Source of the DNA: Macrostomum lignano
Taxonomy: Eukaryota
Assembly: GCA_002269645.1 (NCBI GenBank)
Contig: NIVC01002967.1
Location: forward strand, 62,001-126,000
Direction: 5' to 3'
DNA length: 64,000 nt
Of this stretch, positions 1 through 13,400 are shown one piece after another. The notes beneath the pieces were generated by a model. It saw only the letters and a list, made by a program, of their open reading frames with translations. It was not told the DNA's origin and ran no database searches. Numbering within the stretch: position 1 is the stretch's first letter; each line of letters opens with the position of its first letter. A program made the position numbers and the translations under genes.

Positions 1-371
1 TAGGTAGAGCTTTACCAAATTTGGCAACTCGGTTATATTTGAGGATATCAGTATATAAAAATTTAAATTGCATACACTCTAAGCATATTAAAATTACATT
101 TTGTATGATATTTGTGATTTTGTATGACAATATAGCACTTCAACCAACTGTCAGCAGTGGCTAAAATTTAGGAGTGCAAATATATATTAAAATAGGTAGA
201 GCTTTAGCAAATTTGCCAACTCACTTATATTTGAGGATATCAGTATATGAAAATTTAAATTCCATACACTCTAAGCATATTAAAATTAGAATTTGTATGA
301 TATTTGTGATTTTGTATGACAATATAGCACTTCAACCAACTGTCAGTAGTGGCTAAAATTTAGGAGTGCAA

Positions 372-402
<31 letters not shown>

Positions 403-1830
403 TAGGTAGAGCCTTAGGCTTAGCAAATTTGGCAACTCAGTTATATTTGAGGATATCAGTATATGAAAATTTAAATTCCATACACGTTAAGCATATTAAA
501 ATTAGAATTTGTATGATATTTGTGATTTTGTATGACAAAATAGCACTTTAACCAACTGTCAGTAGTGGCTAAAATTTAGGAGTGCAAATTTTTATATATA
601 TATTAAAATAGGTAGAGCCTTAGACTTAGCAAATTTGGCAACTCAGTTATATTTGAGAATATCAGTATATGAAAATTTAAATTCCATACACTCTAAGCAT
701 ATTAAAATTAGAATTTGTATGATATTTGTGATATTGTATGACAATATAGCACTTCAACCAACTGTCAGTAGTGGCTAAAATTTAGGAGTGCAAATATATA
801 TATATATATATTAAAATAGGTAGAGCTTTAGCAAATTTGGCAACTCGGTTATATTTGAGGATATCAGTATATGAAAATTTAAATTCCATACACTTTAAGC
901 ATATTAAAATTAGAATTTGTATGATATTTGTGATATTGTATGACAAAATATCACTTTAACCAACTGTCAGCAGTGGCTAAAATTTAGGAGTGCAAGTATA
1001 TATATATGTATATATATATATTAAAGTAGGTAGAGCTTTACCAAATTTGGCAACTCGGTTATATTTGAGGATATCAGTATATAAAAATTTAAATTGCATA
1101 CACTCTAAGCATATTAAAATTACATTTTGTATGATATTTGTGATTTTGTATGACAATATAGCACTTCAACCAACTGTCAGCAGTGGCTAAAATGTAGGAG
1201 TGCAAATATATATATTAAAATATTAAAATAGGTAGAGCTTTAGCGAATTCGGCAACTGAGTTATATTTGACGACATCAGTATATGAAACTTTAAATTCCA
1301 TACACTCTAAGCATATTAAAATTAGAATTTGTATCATATTTCTGATATTGTATGACAATATAGCACTTTAACCAACTGACAGCAGTGGCTAAAATTTAAG
1401 AGTGCAAATATATATTAAAATAGGTAGAGCTTTAGCAAATTTGCCAACTCACTTATATTTGAGGATATCAGTATATGAAAATTTAAATTCGAGACACTCT
1501 AAGCATATTAAAATTACAATTTGTATGATATTTGTGATATTGTATGACAATATAGAACTTCAACCAACTGTCAGCAGTGGCTAAAATTTAGGAATATTTA
1601 GGAGTGCAAATATATATATATATATTAAAATACGTAGAGCTTTAGCAAATTTGCAACTCACTTATGTTTGAGGATATCAGTATATAAAAATTGAAATTCC
1701 AGACACTCTAACCATATTAAAATTACAACTTGATGAGCATATAGAAATACTAATTTGATATTGTATGAGATTGTGAAACTTTAACCATCTGCCATTGGTG
1801 CCCAAAATTCAAGAGTCGCAATATATATTT
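1..1830. repeat. AT-rich tandem satellite, ~190-215 bp unit, ~9 copies (array runs off the left edge)
   Basis: Unit TAGGTAGAGCTTTA..GTGGCTAAAATTTAGGAGTGCAAA recurs at about 1, 193, 400, 610, 817, 1028, 1229, 1422 and 1631. Length varies through an internal (TA)n; the last copy is degenerate. Confidence 0.95.
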
Positions 1831-1956
1831 ATTAATTTAATAAGCCTATCAGAAGGCCGAATGTATATTCGAAATGAGTTTTCAAATGTAGATTGATTGC
1901 AATATTTAATTATTTTACATTCCTTGCCGCACATAACTTTCTCTTAACTATTGCAG

Positions 1957-4900
1957 AATGCAGTTGATTGCTTCAGATTTTGCTACCTAAAAATTTGGTA
2001 CACTGCGTGCGTATTAAATTTAGAATGTAAACCCTATTATATTTTACAGCCAACGGCTCAACTCTCGCATGAAGAAAAAGTCCGGCGTTGACGTAGACGA
2101 ATCATCCGATGCAGAGGAAGTGTCCGACGAGGATGACAAAGATTATCGGCCGTCAAATGAAGATAGAGTCCAGCAGGAGGTTGACTTCGAAGAAGACATT
2201 GAAGGTGAAAACTCTGAGGTTGAGTTGGACGAAGACTCTGCCAACGAGGAAGCTGCCGACGAAGATGATGCTGAAGAAGGCGTTGCCGTAGAACCCGTTG
2301 ACGGGCCTGCAGGCCGAAGGAAGAAGTACAGGCCTCGTAAGGTAGATTCCAAAGTGGCTTTGATCCATAAAGGCCCCATGCTTCGAAAGGTTCGGCTGAC
2401 CTTCCAAGAGGCCCCGTCTCTGACGTGTCCCAATGGGCTATTCGCCCAGTGGGTCGAGCTAGGCGCCGTGAGAGCCGATGCTCAGAACCTCTGTCCGTGT
2501 TTTCGAACCAATAACGTCAAAAGACACTGCTTGGCAAATGGCAGCATTTGGAAAGGCGAGACCGCTCCGCCAAAGGACGCTTGGTATCAGCCGATAACCG
2601 AGGAAGAGAAGGTGGAGCTGGAGCGGATCGGTAAAACAGCCGTCGTCGAGCTAGCGGAGTCCACGGCTGCGCTCATCAAGCGCCAGTTCCAACACTACAA
2701 CAAGGCGAAGCCCAGTCGCCTGGCACCGCCCGTCGACCAGCTGCCAGAAACGCCGGTGCCGCGCAAGAAGAAGCAGTCGGCGGATGACGGCACGGACTCG
2801 TCTCCAGAAGCGCAGTTGCCTGTGAGTAAAGAGTGAAGTTAAAAATTTCGTGCTTTTTTTAATGCATTTTTTAATATATAAGAAATATATATTAAGTCAC
2901 TCATAATATTTCCACAGAAAACGGTACAGTTCCAACCGCTAAAGAAGCCCAAGGCGGCGGCAGCAGCTGCAGGATCAGCCCCTGCCAAACGCAGGTCGTC
3001 GGATGAGGAGTCGCCATTGGCGTCCATCGCGGCTGGCGTCGCGGCCCCACTTGAAGGGGTAATTTTTACTGTAATATTTAGTTGTTCATTTACGGCAAAA
3101 TTCAATGCGTATTATGTGTGGCAAACCAAAAACTGCTGAAGGTTCCTTAACCAAATCTATTATTTTACAGCAATATTCCACACGTTATATACATAGTGAA
3201 AACAGAGAGTATGGAAATCCAAATGCTGTAAATTCCGTTAATTTAATATTCACCTACAGTTTAACACGTCCAATAGGCTGTAAATTCAAGAGTATTAAAA
3301 TCGACACGTACAAGTTACAGTATTTTACTACATAATCTAACTTTAACCGTGAAGTAGGTTCGTTACATGTACGTTGCAAATTTACTTTTGACTATAAACT
3401 TAATCGAACTTCTCAAATACTTCATTTGAAATTTTTTATTTGAAAACCAACTACCATTCTCTTTCACAGATGGATTCGTCGTTGCCGCCTTTCGTCAGCG
3501 TCCACCGGCAGCTCCCAGCACTAGCCAGTTTCGGTGTTCCGGTGGTGGCACCGGCTAGTTTTGCGGATGCCGCATTGCCCTCGGACTGGCTCCTCCTCAC
3601 CAGGCTCATGACGGCGCCGGATGCCGACCAGGGCGCTGATTCCCTGGCCGCTCTGAATGCCTCGTTTGACAGCAGCACCCAGAACGGCCGAGATGACCTG
3701 GCCATTCTGGCTGGCGCCCTGAACAGCCTAGATAAATGTGACCTATTGGCGGTTCTTTTTAATTTTGCTATCCGCCAGAATGGAAACATCAAGGAACTTC
3801 AGAGCTGCTTATTTGATTATATCAACGCTGGAAAGGACCACCGGACCTATGGCATGCAGCGGATCAACTTCGGCGGCATCACGGAGCGAGACGCGATTTA
3901 CACCGAAATGGTGTTTGACCGGGAGTTAAACTTAGGTCTGTTGATCCACAGGTTGAACGGTCTCAGCCGACGTAAAAGCGCTCCGCCCAATCTAGGAGAG
4001 GAATCGGAGGACAGCGTGGTCCAAAGACCAATGACAAGACAAATGGATGCGTCGACAAAGCCAAAGCATGCTGCCACCGCTGCTGCCTGCATCGTCTGTC
4101 CCAGTTGCTGCCGAGCCGGAGACAACTGTCGTGCGCTCTAAGAGCGCCATCGAGGTAAGAGACTAAAATTCGAAATTCGCAAAATACTGAATTTCACTAG
4201 GTATTCAAATTTCCACACGTTCACAACGTAGTAATATACCCCCACAATCACTACACACAGGCTGCCGAGTCGGCTTTATGCGCCGACACTGCTGCAACAA
4301 CCACCGCTTCGGGTGCCGGCACTGCCCCAGCAGCAGCAGCAGCAGCAGCAGCAGCCTCAACTATTCCGAAGGCCAATAAAAGGCGCGGCAAGACGGCTGC
4401 TAGGGGCGCCGCCGCTTCCGATTCCGGTGCGCCGTCTTCCCCGGGAGGTCGTACTGCGGAGACACCGGCCGTGCCTTCTAAGAGCGCTATCGATGTAAGA
4501 GACTGAAACTCGAATTTCGCAAGATATTAAATTTAACTACGTATTGACATTTCCACACGTCCGCAACGTATGTAAATTATAGTGTACCAAAATTCAATAC
4601 CCTTTAAAATTAGAACCCTGCAAGATAGAAACATTTTACGATATTCCTAAATTCAACTTGTAATATACCCCCACAATCACTACACACAGGCTGCCGAGTC
4701 GGCTTTATGCGCCGACACTGCTGCAACAACCACCGCTTCGGGTGCCGGCACTGCCCCAGCAGCAGCAGCAGCAGCAGCAGCCTCAACTATTCCGAAGGCC
4801 AATAAAAGGCGCGGCAAGACGGCTGCTAGGGGCGCCGCCGCTTCCGATTCTGGTGCGCCGTCTTCGCCGGGAGGTCGTACTGCGGAGACACCGGCCGTGC

Positions 4901-5663
4901 CTTCTAAGAGCGCTATCGATGTAAGAGACTGAAACTTTTTCGCAAGATATTAAATTTAACTACGTATTGAATTTCCACACGTCCGCAACGTATGTAAATT
5001 ATAGTGTACCAAAATTCAATATCCTTTAAAATTAGAACCCTGCAAGATAGAAACATTTTACGATATTCCTAAATTCAACTTGTAATATACCCCCACAATC
5101 ACTACACACAGGCTGCCGAGTCGGCTTTATGCGCCGACACTGCTGCAACAACCACCGCTTCCGGTGCCGCCGCTGCCTCAGCAGCAGCAGCAGCAGCAGC
5201 AGGCTCAATGAATACGAGGGCTGCTACAAGGCGCGGTAACACGGCTGCTACGGACACCGCCGCTTCCGGTGCCAGTAAAACGCCCGCCGACATCGCCGCT
5301 GGCGCCCCTGCTGGCGCCTCTGCTGGCGCTTCCGCTGGCGCCTCTGCTGCCCGCACCTCCGCTGGCGCCTCCGCTGGCGCCTCCGCTGGCGCCTCCGCTG
5401 GCGCCTCTGCTGCCCGCACCTCCGCTGGCGCCTCCGCTGGCGCCTCTGCTGCCGGCACCTCCGACGCCTCCGCTTCAGAAAGCGCTGCTAGGGGGATCAC
5501 GATACGCAAGAGGTCTGGTTCTGACTCGGTGCCACAAGTAACGGAAAAAAAGGAGGCGCGAGTTTCGCACCATGAAGGGAAAAGAAAACAAAAGCAACTC
5601 AGTAATGGAAGAAGGAGAGCATGTAAGAAGAGTGCTTCGGGGCGGAAAAGTTTACCCCAGTGA
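1957..5663 (+). CDS. Multi-exon orphan gene: acidic N-terminal region, unknown central domains, Ala/Ser-rich repeated C-terminal exons; one +1 frameshift near 4085
   Basis: Phase-compatible AG/GT-bounded exons 1957-1997 (tentative), 2050-2821, 2918-3058, 3470-4154, 4261-4494, 4690-4920 and 5112-5663 join ORFs 2069..2836, 3440..4141 and 5208..5663. Exon 3470-4154 is 685 nt (one base too long), and its 3' end reads ETTVVRSKSAIE in the shifted frame, matching the ends of the next exons. Confidence 0.7.
4155..5200 (+). repeat. Tandem intron+exon duplication, ~425 bp unit
   Basis: CACACAG|GCTGCCGAGTCGGCTTTATGCGCC at 4261, 4690 and 5112; donors GTAAGAGACT at 4155, 4495 and 4921; near-identical introns. 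Confidence 0.9.
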
Positions 5664-5869
5664 CTCGGACAGTTCGACATCAAAGATTTAATTTAATTTT
5701 TCTAATTTGCTTACAAGTTCTCCACTCTGGGCAACTCTGCGTGACAAGTTTTGTTCTAATTTCTGTTTTAAAAGAAAAAAATACATTAGAAAAAGAATTC
5801 CAGCAACTTTTCGTTCTCAAAGAAAAGAATGGAAAGAAAAAACTACGAACCGGTAAATCGAACTTGACC

Positions 5870-7520
5870 CTCGTGTCTACTGCTTCGTGACAGTCTATTT
5901 TTAAGAAACTTCTGAGATTCGAACAGTAAAAAAGTATGGCACATCGAATTTCAGCACGTCAACAAGATATGTAAATTTGAATTGTGTAGTAAATTCGAGC
6001 ATGCTAAACTGTAGAATTTCACTACGCATTGAAATTTCCACACGTCCACAAGATATGTAAATTACACAGTACCGAAATTTGAACGTCGCAAAATGTCGAA
6101 TTTCACTACGCATTGAAATTTCCACACGTCCACAACATATGTAAATTAGTCAGTACCAAAATTCAAACGTTGCAAAATATTGAACTTCACTACGCATTGA
6201 ATTTAGCTACTGGGAATAATTTCCTATGGAAATAAGTTACCCACCCCGACTGCTTGGCGGCCAATGTGCAGTTGCGAAAAACTGACGCGGATTGGTAAGT
6301 CGAACTCAGATTTTGGCGAAGTCTGTGAATTCAAGAAAATTAAAATTACCCGGCGACTAACTCAATCGACTGGATATCAGTCCAGCAGGCTCTACTTTGA
6401 GTGGCGCCGGTCAAAGTACTTCCCAGAGGTCTCACGGACGAAGAAGAGTATTTTGGTACCTTCCGAATTTCATACACATCTTATGTAGCAAACTCTATGG
6501 GTAGTAAAATGATTTTGCTACGTATGTGAAATAAATACACACCCAGTGTACCCAACTCTTAGCTAGGAAATTCAATTTTGGCCTAAAAACTCTTCAGGCG
6601 CCGAAAAGGTCTCCATCGTAATCAGCGCATTGAATTTAGCTATTGTGACTAATTTCCTATGGAAATAAGTTACCCACCCCGACTGCCTGGCGGCCAATGT
6701 GCAGTTGTGAAAAACTGACGCGGATCTGCAAGTCAAACTCGAATTTTGGCAAAGTCTGTGAATTCAAGAAAATTAAAATTGCCCGGCGACTAGCTCAATC
6801 GACTGGATATCAGCCCAGCAGGCGCTGCTTCGACTGGCCCCGCTTAAAGTACTTCCCTGAGGTCTCAGGGACGAAATAGGATATTTTGCTACGCTTCAGA
6901 ATTTCGTACACATCTTGTGTAGCAACGTGTATGGTAGTAAAATGATTTTACTATGTATCTGAAATAAATACACACCCAGTGTACCCAATTCTTAGGTAGG
7001 AAATTCATTTTTGGTCTACACACAAATTCAGACGCCGAAAAGGTCTGCATCGTAAGCAGCGCATTGAATTTAGCTAGTGTGAATAAAAAATACATAAAAT
7101 TCCAACTTGACTCTCGTGTCTACTGCTTCCTGATGCTTTTTTTAAGAAAGTTCTGCGATTGCAACATTAAGAAAGTACTGCACATCGAATTTCAGCACTT
7201 CAACAAGATATGTAGATTAGACTTGTGTAGTAAATTCGAGCATCGTAAATTGTAGAATTTCACAACGTTTTGAAATCATCCTACGTCAAGCAGGGACGTA
7301 AGGTAGAGGGTAGCAAAATATTGAATTTAACTACGCATAAAAACATTCATACGTAAAAGACATCGTCAAAAGAAGGGTAGCAAAAAATAAACGTAGTAAA
7401 TTGCATAATTTTGCTACGCAACAAGATTTTCATACGTAAAAGACATCGTCAAAAGAAGGGTAGCAAAAAATAAACGTAGTAAATTGTATAATTTACTACG
7501 CATCAAGATTTTCGTACGTC
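5870..7520. repeat. Complex repeat block: two ~433-bp direct copies (6193-6625, 6626-7059), flanking ~150-bp direct repeats (~5870-6025, ~7110-7265), and ~83-bp subrepeats
   Basis: CGCATTGAATTTAGCTA at 6193, 6626 and 7060; CTCGTGTCTACTGCTTC at ~5870 and ~7113; CATACGTAAAAGACATCGTCAAAAGAAGGG duplicated at ~7348 and ~7431. Confidence 0.85.
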
Positions 7521-7529
7521 AAATGGTAT

Positions 7530-9100
7530 TTAAAGAAGAGAGTAGCAAAATTCGCGAAAAGAAAAATATTGAAAATACAGCGACCAGTTCATCCCAATTC
7601 TGCTACTGTTAAATCCACGGAAACGGTTGGCATTGGAAACGATAAACAAACGCATTTCCCGAATATTATTTTCCCCTATTAGGGCCCTTCTTATCCCAAA
7701 CAGAATCCCAAACAGATAGACACTTGTTTTCTGGATCGGGATGAATTTGGTTATGCAGATTAACAATGAAGCTATAGTCGTAATCACTCACTCCAAGTAC
7801 ATCCGAGTAATTATATTCCACCGATTTAGTAACGTAATCGTCGTATCTATACTCGCGAAACTCACCTGTAGCGAGATCATTTACTCCATCGTTAAACCCT
7901 AGCAAATTCCATTTCATATCGAATTCAATTTCATTGTTAGTAAACCTCTCTTTGAACAAAGTAGTTACCTGTTTGAGCTTGTTGGCTCCTTGTATTGAAT
8001 TTATATTCTTCATTGTACTCTGTAGTTTCTTTTCAAGTGCTTTTAACTTCTCTTTATCATCAGCCGCCTTCTCAATTGCAATTTCGAGTCTAGTCTTTCG
8101 GTGGTTTAACTCACTGCTAACAAGGTCTGATATTTTAAGAAATATGTCATTTATACTACTTAGTTCTCTCCACTCATCATCATCAAAATAGTAAATACCA
8201 TCGCTATTGTAAATTATATTATTTTTCTTATATTCATAAACAAAGTTGGTTATGTTAACGTCAGTGAAATTATCATCAAGATACTCAATTCTACCATAAT
8301 AATCATATTTGCTTTTCCATTCCTTATATTTGTTATAGTTTTCTTCACTTGCCCATTTCTTTAGTGTACCGATAGTAAGTCTGTCCTGTGCATCAGCAGA
8401 GCTGGCACTGGTGCTATTCCACAGCTTCTCACATGCCTCGGAATCGAACCTATTATAATTTGCTTTTGACCAATTAGTGAATACTTTGTACATTTCATCA
8501 CCACTGTCTATGTCGCGGAGTATAAGTGCTACCTTGTACCAAGAACCATAGTCTTGGTTTTTGTGTTGTATTATACTTAACAACTTTGAAGCTCCTTCAC
8601 AAGTGGGGGGTGGAACGGTGCTTTTTAGTGCCTGTTTATCGGGTTCTTGGTTTTCTTTTTTATCCTGTGGCTTAATTAATCTATTTATCTCATCAAGAAT
8701 TACATCTGTCCCTCGCACTTTGTACGTTTGTATTCCTTCATTTCACCATCCACATAATAGAAACCTGGTGGAGCAAATACTAAAGCCGGAATATCAAAAC
8801 CCACACTTTGTTGAATCGTTACTTTTAATCCATCTACCTTGTTAAAGTAAAAGTGATGACCCTTGTTTGTCTGAACAATCCAATCACAATGAGTCATACA
8901 CAGTTCAATCAACTCAGGGCATAGGTCAGCATTATCAATATCGATTACGGTTATATTTGAGATTTTCGTATCTATCCAAATCATGTTGTCTGCCTCTGGT
9001 CGAAATGGTGGGGAGGTTGAATTCCTATCTGCTTTGGTTGGCATTCCTGACGGTATTTTTTTCTTTGTTTTACTATTCCATGTTATACTGCAACTTCCGA
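7530..9100 (-). pseudogene. Viral-type primase-helicase remnant (AEP/Prim-Pol + PriCT-2 + D5_N), frameshifted and truncated before the SF3 ATPase
   Basis: ORF 8700..9044 has AEP motifs ITVIDID and QTNKGHHFYF. After a frameshift at ~8720, ORF 7666..8718 has PriCT-2-like YGSWYKVALIL..FTNWSK..CEKLWNS..TIGTLKKWA and D5_N-like NLLGFNDGVNDLATGEFR..DDYVTKS. A third frame gives ALIGENN, but no Walker A follows. Intronless. Confidence 0.8.
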
Positions 9101-10160
9101 ATCTAAAATTAAGTTCTCTATAGAGATTAATTAGTTAATCGTAAGATTTTGTTTGTTTTAAATTTGTCAATCTTGGTGGTGGGGCATCATGGTTTTGAAG
9201 CGGATCCTGTACGATCACAGGAGAGACACTTGAATCATTCTGATTTTTTCTTTCCATTTTATTAAAAATAAATTTAACAATATATTGTAATTTATCGGTT
9301 TCAATGTACTTCTCACGGGTTATGGGGAGTTTAAAAATGTTCAGTTTCAGCATGACGAAAAATTCATCATTCCTTATGTGCTGTCTCGAAATCAATGCCC
9401 ATTTATCAACATGTGCAAGATATACTCTGAATGAATACAATTATGGGGGGCATTTACAATCGGTGTGTTTTAATATTTCTACTTTATATTCATCGTAAGC
9501 TTTATCAATTTCTTCAATTAGTCGAGCCTTTCGAGTGGGTGTTTTATTTGAGAGAAACTTACAATAGAATCATAGTATTTTTGTGGCAGAGCATTTCGAA
9601 CATTTGGGTTATTAGCTTCCAATTTTTCTAAGAAAAATTAGCAGTTACAATCTGGTTTTTGAATTCTGGTTTCGCTGATTGAGAGATTGAGACTGACTCA
9701 CACCACACTCCGCTGCCACTCTCCGAGACTCTCACAGGAGTTCAGTGTTTTTTCATCTTCATCAAACCCCCTTATTCAACCCATAAAAGACACTAGGGGC
9801 ACCCCTCATGCTAGCTGTCTTTCACAACAATTTATAGGCTGATGCAGGACTGGCACACTCACCAACTCTCAAACGTTATGCTAGTTATTTGTGTGTGTTT
9901 ATTAAAAGATACTCTCTATCTCAACTCGCACAACGAACGCGTGAGTAATTGTTAGAGATTCTTTGTTGAAACAAATACACTCACACACATATCAAGTTTA
10001 ACGCATGGCTCACACCCACACACTTTTGCTAGTTGTAACCTGTTATCGGCTGACTGCGACCCTCCCCTCCATCGCTATATTAGTTTTATTTAGCTTAGCA
10101 AGCAAGAGCAAGAGAAAATTTACTTTAGGTCTAGAATTCTATCTATACAACATATTTCAA

Positions 10161-10455
10161 ATGGCTTCTTCCAGCGATAGAAAGCTTCCATCTAAGATAG
10201 TTTCCACGATTAAGAGTATTAGCTCAAAAGACCAATCAAGTTCAGCAGTTGCAGTTAGTCGCTTGTCTAGCGAGGAGCAGAACTCATTACTGGAAAAACT
10301 GCGAAAGATTGAATGTGAGTCCTTCAAGAAGGATAAGAAGGAAGAGAAGAGCAAAGAGAGCGATTCTAAATCTATTAGAGAAAGCCGATTTATTGGACGC
10401 CTTATCGAAAAAATGAGAGGAGTGACAAACGAAGTAACAACTATCAAGACTCGGT
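10161..10455 (+). CDS. First coding exon of an orphan gene, now fused in frame to the LINE ORF
   Basis: ATG at 10161 (MASSSDRKLPSK...EVTTIKTR), not homologous to retroelement domains; ends at the left target-site duplication. Confidence 0.6.
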
Positions 10456-13400
10456 GTCTTGTTGCCTCGGTTTATATCCCAGGGGACAGAGACCCTGCTC
10501 CTGAGAGTTTACTGCGCCTCGCGCAGTACTGCGAGTCCCAGAACGCTGAGCTGTGCTTAGGGGGCGACCTTAACGCGCACCACAAGCACTGGGGCAGCAA
10601 AGATACCAACACTAGAGGAGAGGAGCTTCTGGCCCTCATCTTTAACACAAACCTCATGCTCTGCAACCGCGGCAGCACTCCTACCTTTAATAATGGCAGA
10701 TGGACCGAGGTCCTCGACGCCACACTCGTTACCCCAAGACTCTTTGACAGAGTTGAGGAGTGGAGAGTCTGGTCTGAGGAGCCCTCCCGGTCTGACCACT
10801 GCTTTATCGCCTTTAACATCGCGGACACTAAAACCCAGTCTCCGATCACTTGGAGGCGCAATATCCGCAACACTGATTGGGCGGCCTACAAGGCTGCCCT
10901 TGATCTGCACCTGCAGGAACTCACGGACTTACGTCCGATTGAGACCTGCGAGGATGTGGATCATATGGCTGAGACGCTGACAGGTTGCATTATTGCAGCC
11001 TACGTAGCGGCTTGTCCTGCTCGCGCCTACAAAGGCAAGACCTCGGCGCCGTGGTGGAACCCGGAACTGGGGAAACTCAGGCGGAAGGCCAAAAGCCTTC
11101 ATCGCCGTGCCATGAAGACCGGAAACCCGGAGGACATGGAGCTTTTCCGGCAAGCCTCCCGCAACTTCAAATCTGAAGTGCGCAAGGCCAAGGAATGTAA
11201 GTGGCGCCAATTCTGCAATGAATTAGATCAAGACAGACCTACTTCTAGGCTTGTCAAGGCCCTTACAATGGACAAAATGTCCAAATTAGCCATGATCAAA
11301 AAAGATGATGGCTCTCTTACTAAAGACCCTGAAGAAGTGCTACAGCATATGCTCAGCACATTCTTCCCGAGGGTACCTACTGCTAGACCGGAGCCCAACC
11401 ATTCGATGGATGGAGCCACCCTAGCGGCGGGCATTGTCACTGAAGACCTAATCGCTCGTGCGGTCAAAACCTTCAAACCCTTCAAATCTCCTGGACCTGA
11501 TGGTATCTACCCTGTTCTCCTTCGTGAAGCAGCCAAGATACCCTCGTTCCTGAGACTCACCCGCAATCTTATGCGGGCCTCTATCCAGCTGGGATACGTT
11601 CCCAAATGCTGGACTGAAGCTCGGGTAGTCTTTATTCCCAAACCTGGGAAGGGTGACTACCAAAGCGTCAAGGCCTTCCGGCCTATTAGCTTAACGTCAG
11701 CAATGCTTAAGCTCACTGAGAGGCTTATTCTCTGGCGGCTGCTGTCCTGCGAGCTGACAGCGATGCCCCTCAGCAATAATCAGCACGCCTTCCATACCGG
11801 GAGGTCGACTGACAGCGCCCTGCATGCGATTGTCGAGAAGATTGAAAGGGCGGTACTGGGTGACGGTTACGCTCTGGCTCTCTTTCTTGACATTGTTGGC
11901 GCCTTCGACAACGTTATCTTTGAAGCGTTTCAGAGGGCCCTTCAAAATCGCAAAGCTCATGCTACCCTCATACGGTGGATCATGTACATGATCTCCAACC
12001 GTACGGTCACTGCCCAACTTCTTGGGCAAACTGCCTCCACCAGAGTCTGTAAGGGTGGACCCCAAGGCGGAGTCCTCACCCCGACGCTCTGGAACCTGGT
12101 CATGGACGCTCTTTTGAGTGACTCCCGACCCGACCCCGTCTTCAAAGTCGGGTATGCTGATGACGTCACGGCCATTGTGGCAGGACCGTCTCCCAGCACG
12201 CTCAGGGATCTGATGCAGAGCTTTATCCGCAAAGCAGAATCCTGGGCCAATGACAATGGTCTGGAACTCTCTGAGCCCAAAACCGTTGCCATTATGTTTA
12301 CCAGCAGACTACGCTGGAACATACGTCCTCTGCAGCTCTACGGCAGAGATATTGCCTTCGCGCACCAGACCAGATGCCTCGGGGTCATACTTGACCACCG
12401 GCTCAACTGGTCCTCCCACGTGAAAGCAAAAGCCAAGCGTGCCTCAGCCATCCTGGCCCAGCTCCGACGAGCACTTGGCACTTCTTGGGGTCTATCCCCA
12501 AAGCGGCTTTGGTGGATCTATACTTCCGTAGTTAGACCTGCCATTACGTACGCCTCTGATGTCTGGATTAGCGCTACCCAGGTAAAAAGCCATGCAGACC
12601 TGCTCAACACGATCCAAGGCAGAGCGTGTAGGCTCATCTGCAACGCCACCAGGTCCACGCCCTTTGCTGGCATGGGGGCCTTCCTTAATATTCCGCCTCT
12701 TGACCTCTTCATCAGGGGTGAGGCGGCTAGAACGACGCGGCGTCTAATTGATGCCGGCGTCAAATTCATTTACATGAGAGCACCTGCTAAGCGGAACCTT
12801 GTCCCGCATAGCGATCTGTGCCTCAACTTTCTCAACGAGTGTCAGGCCAATCGCGTCTTCACCGATGGCATTGCCTCAACGCTCAACCTGAGACAGCGCT
12901 ACTCCGTAGCTATCGACTCGCGCGATAACATCAATGACCAATGGAACCCTGGTGAGCTTCATTGCTACACCGACGGTTCTAAGCAGTCAGCCAACACCGG
13001 CTTTGGTGTTGGAATCTTTCTGAACGGGAGGGTCATCGCTACCCACGCTCAATACACTGGGGTCAACTCCAGTGTTTTCCAAAATGAAGTTCTGGCCATC
13101 AGCTCCTGCACTGCAGAGCTTCTCGCCACTGGCGTTACTGGTAAGAACATCATTTTCCATTCGGACAGCCTAGCTGCCTTGCACGCCATCAGTGGCTGCA
13201 GCACCAACTCTGCTACAGTCCTCGACTGTATCAAACTTCTCAACGTGTTGGGTTCCGCCAACAAAATTACCCTTAAGTGGGTTTCGGGGCATGTGGGGAT
13301 CCGAGGAAATGAGTTGGCTGACACCCTTGCAAAAGTTGGTGCCTCCGGCTCCTCTCTCGGCCCCGAACCTCTTGTCCCGATTCCTGGCTGTGTCATCGAC

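Noticed and set aside
174-1584. Four similar 60-66 aa ORFs (MQIYIKIGRAL...)
   Set aside because: Translations of the satellite unit with GTG starts and frames that vary with (TA)n length.
4313-4924. Poly-Q ORFs 4313..4498 and 4742..4924 (also 15680..15874)
   Set aside because: The first two are the alternate frame of poly-Ala exons; the last is a bare CAA/CAG microsatellite.
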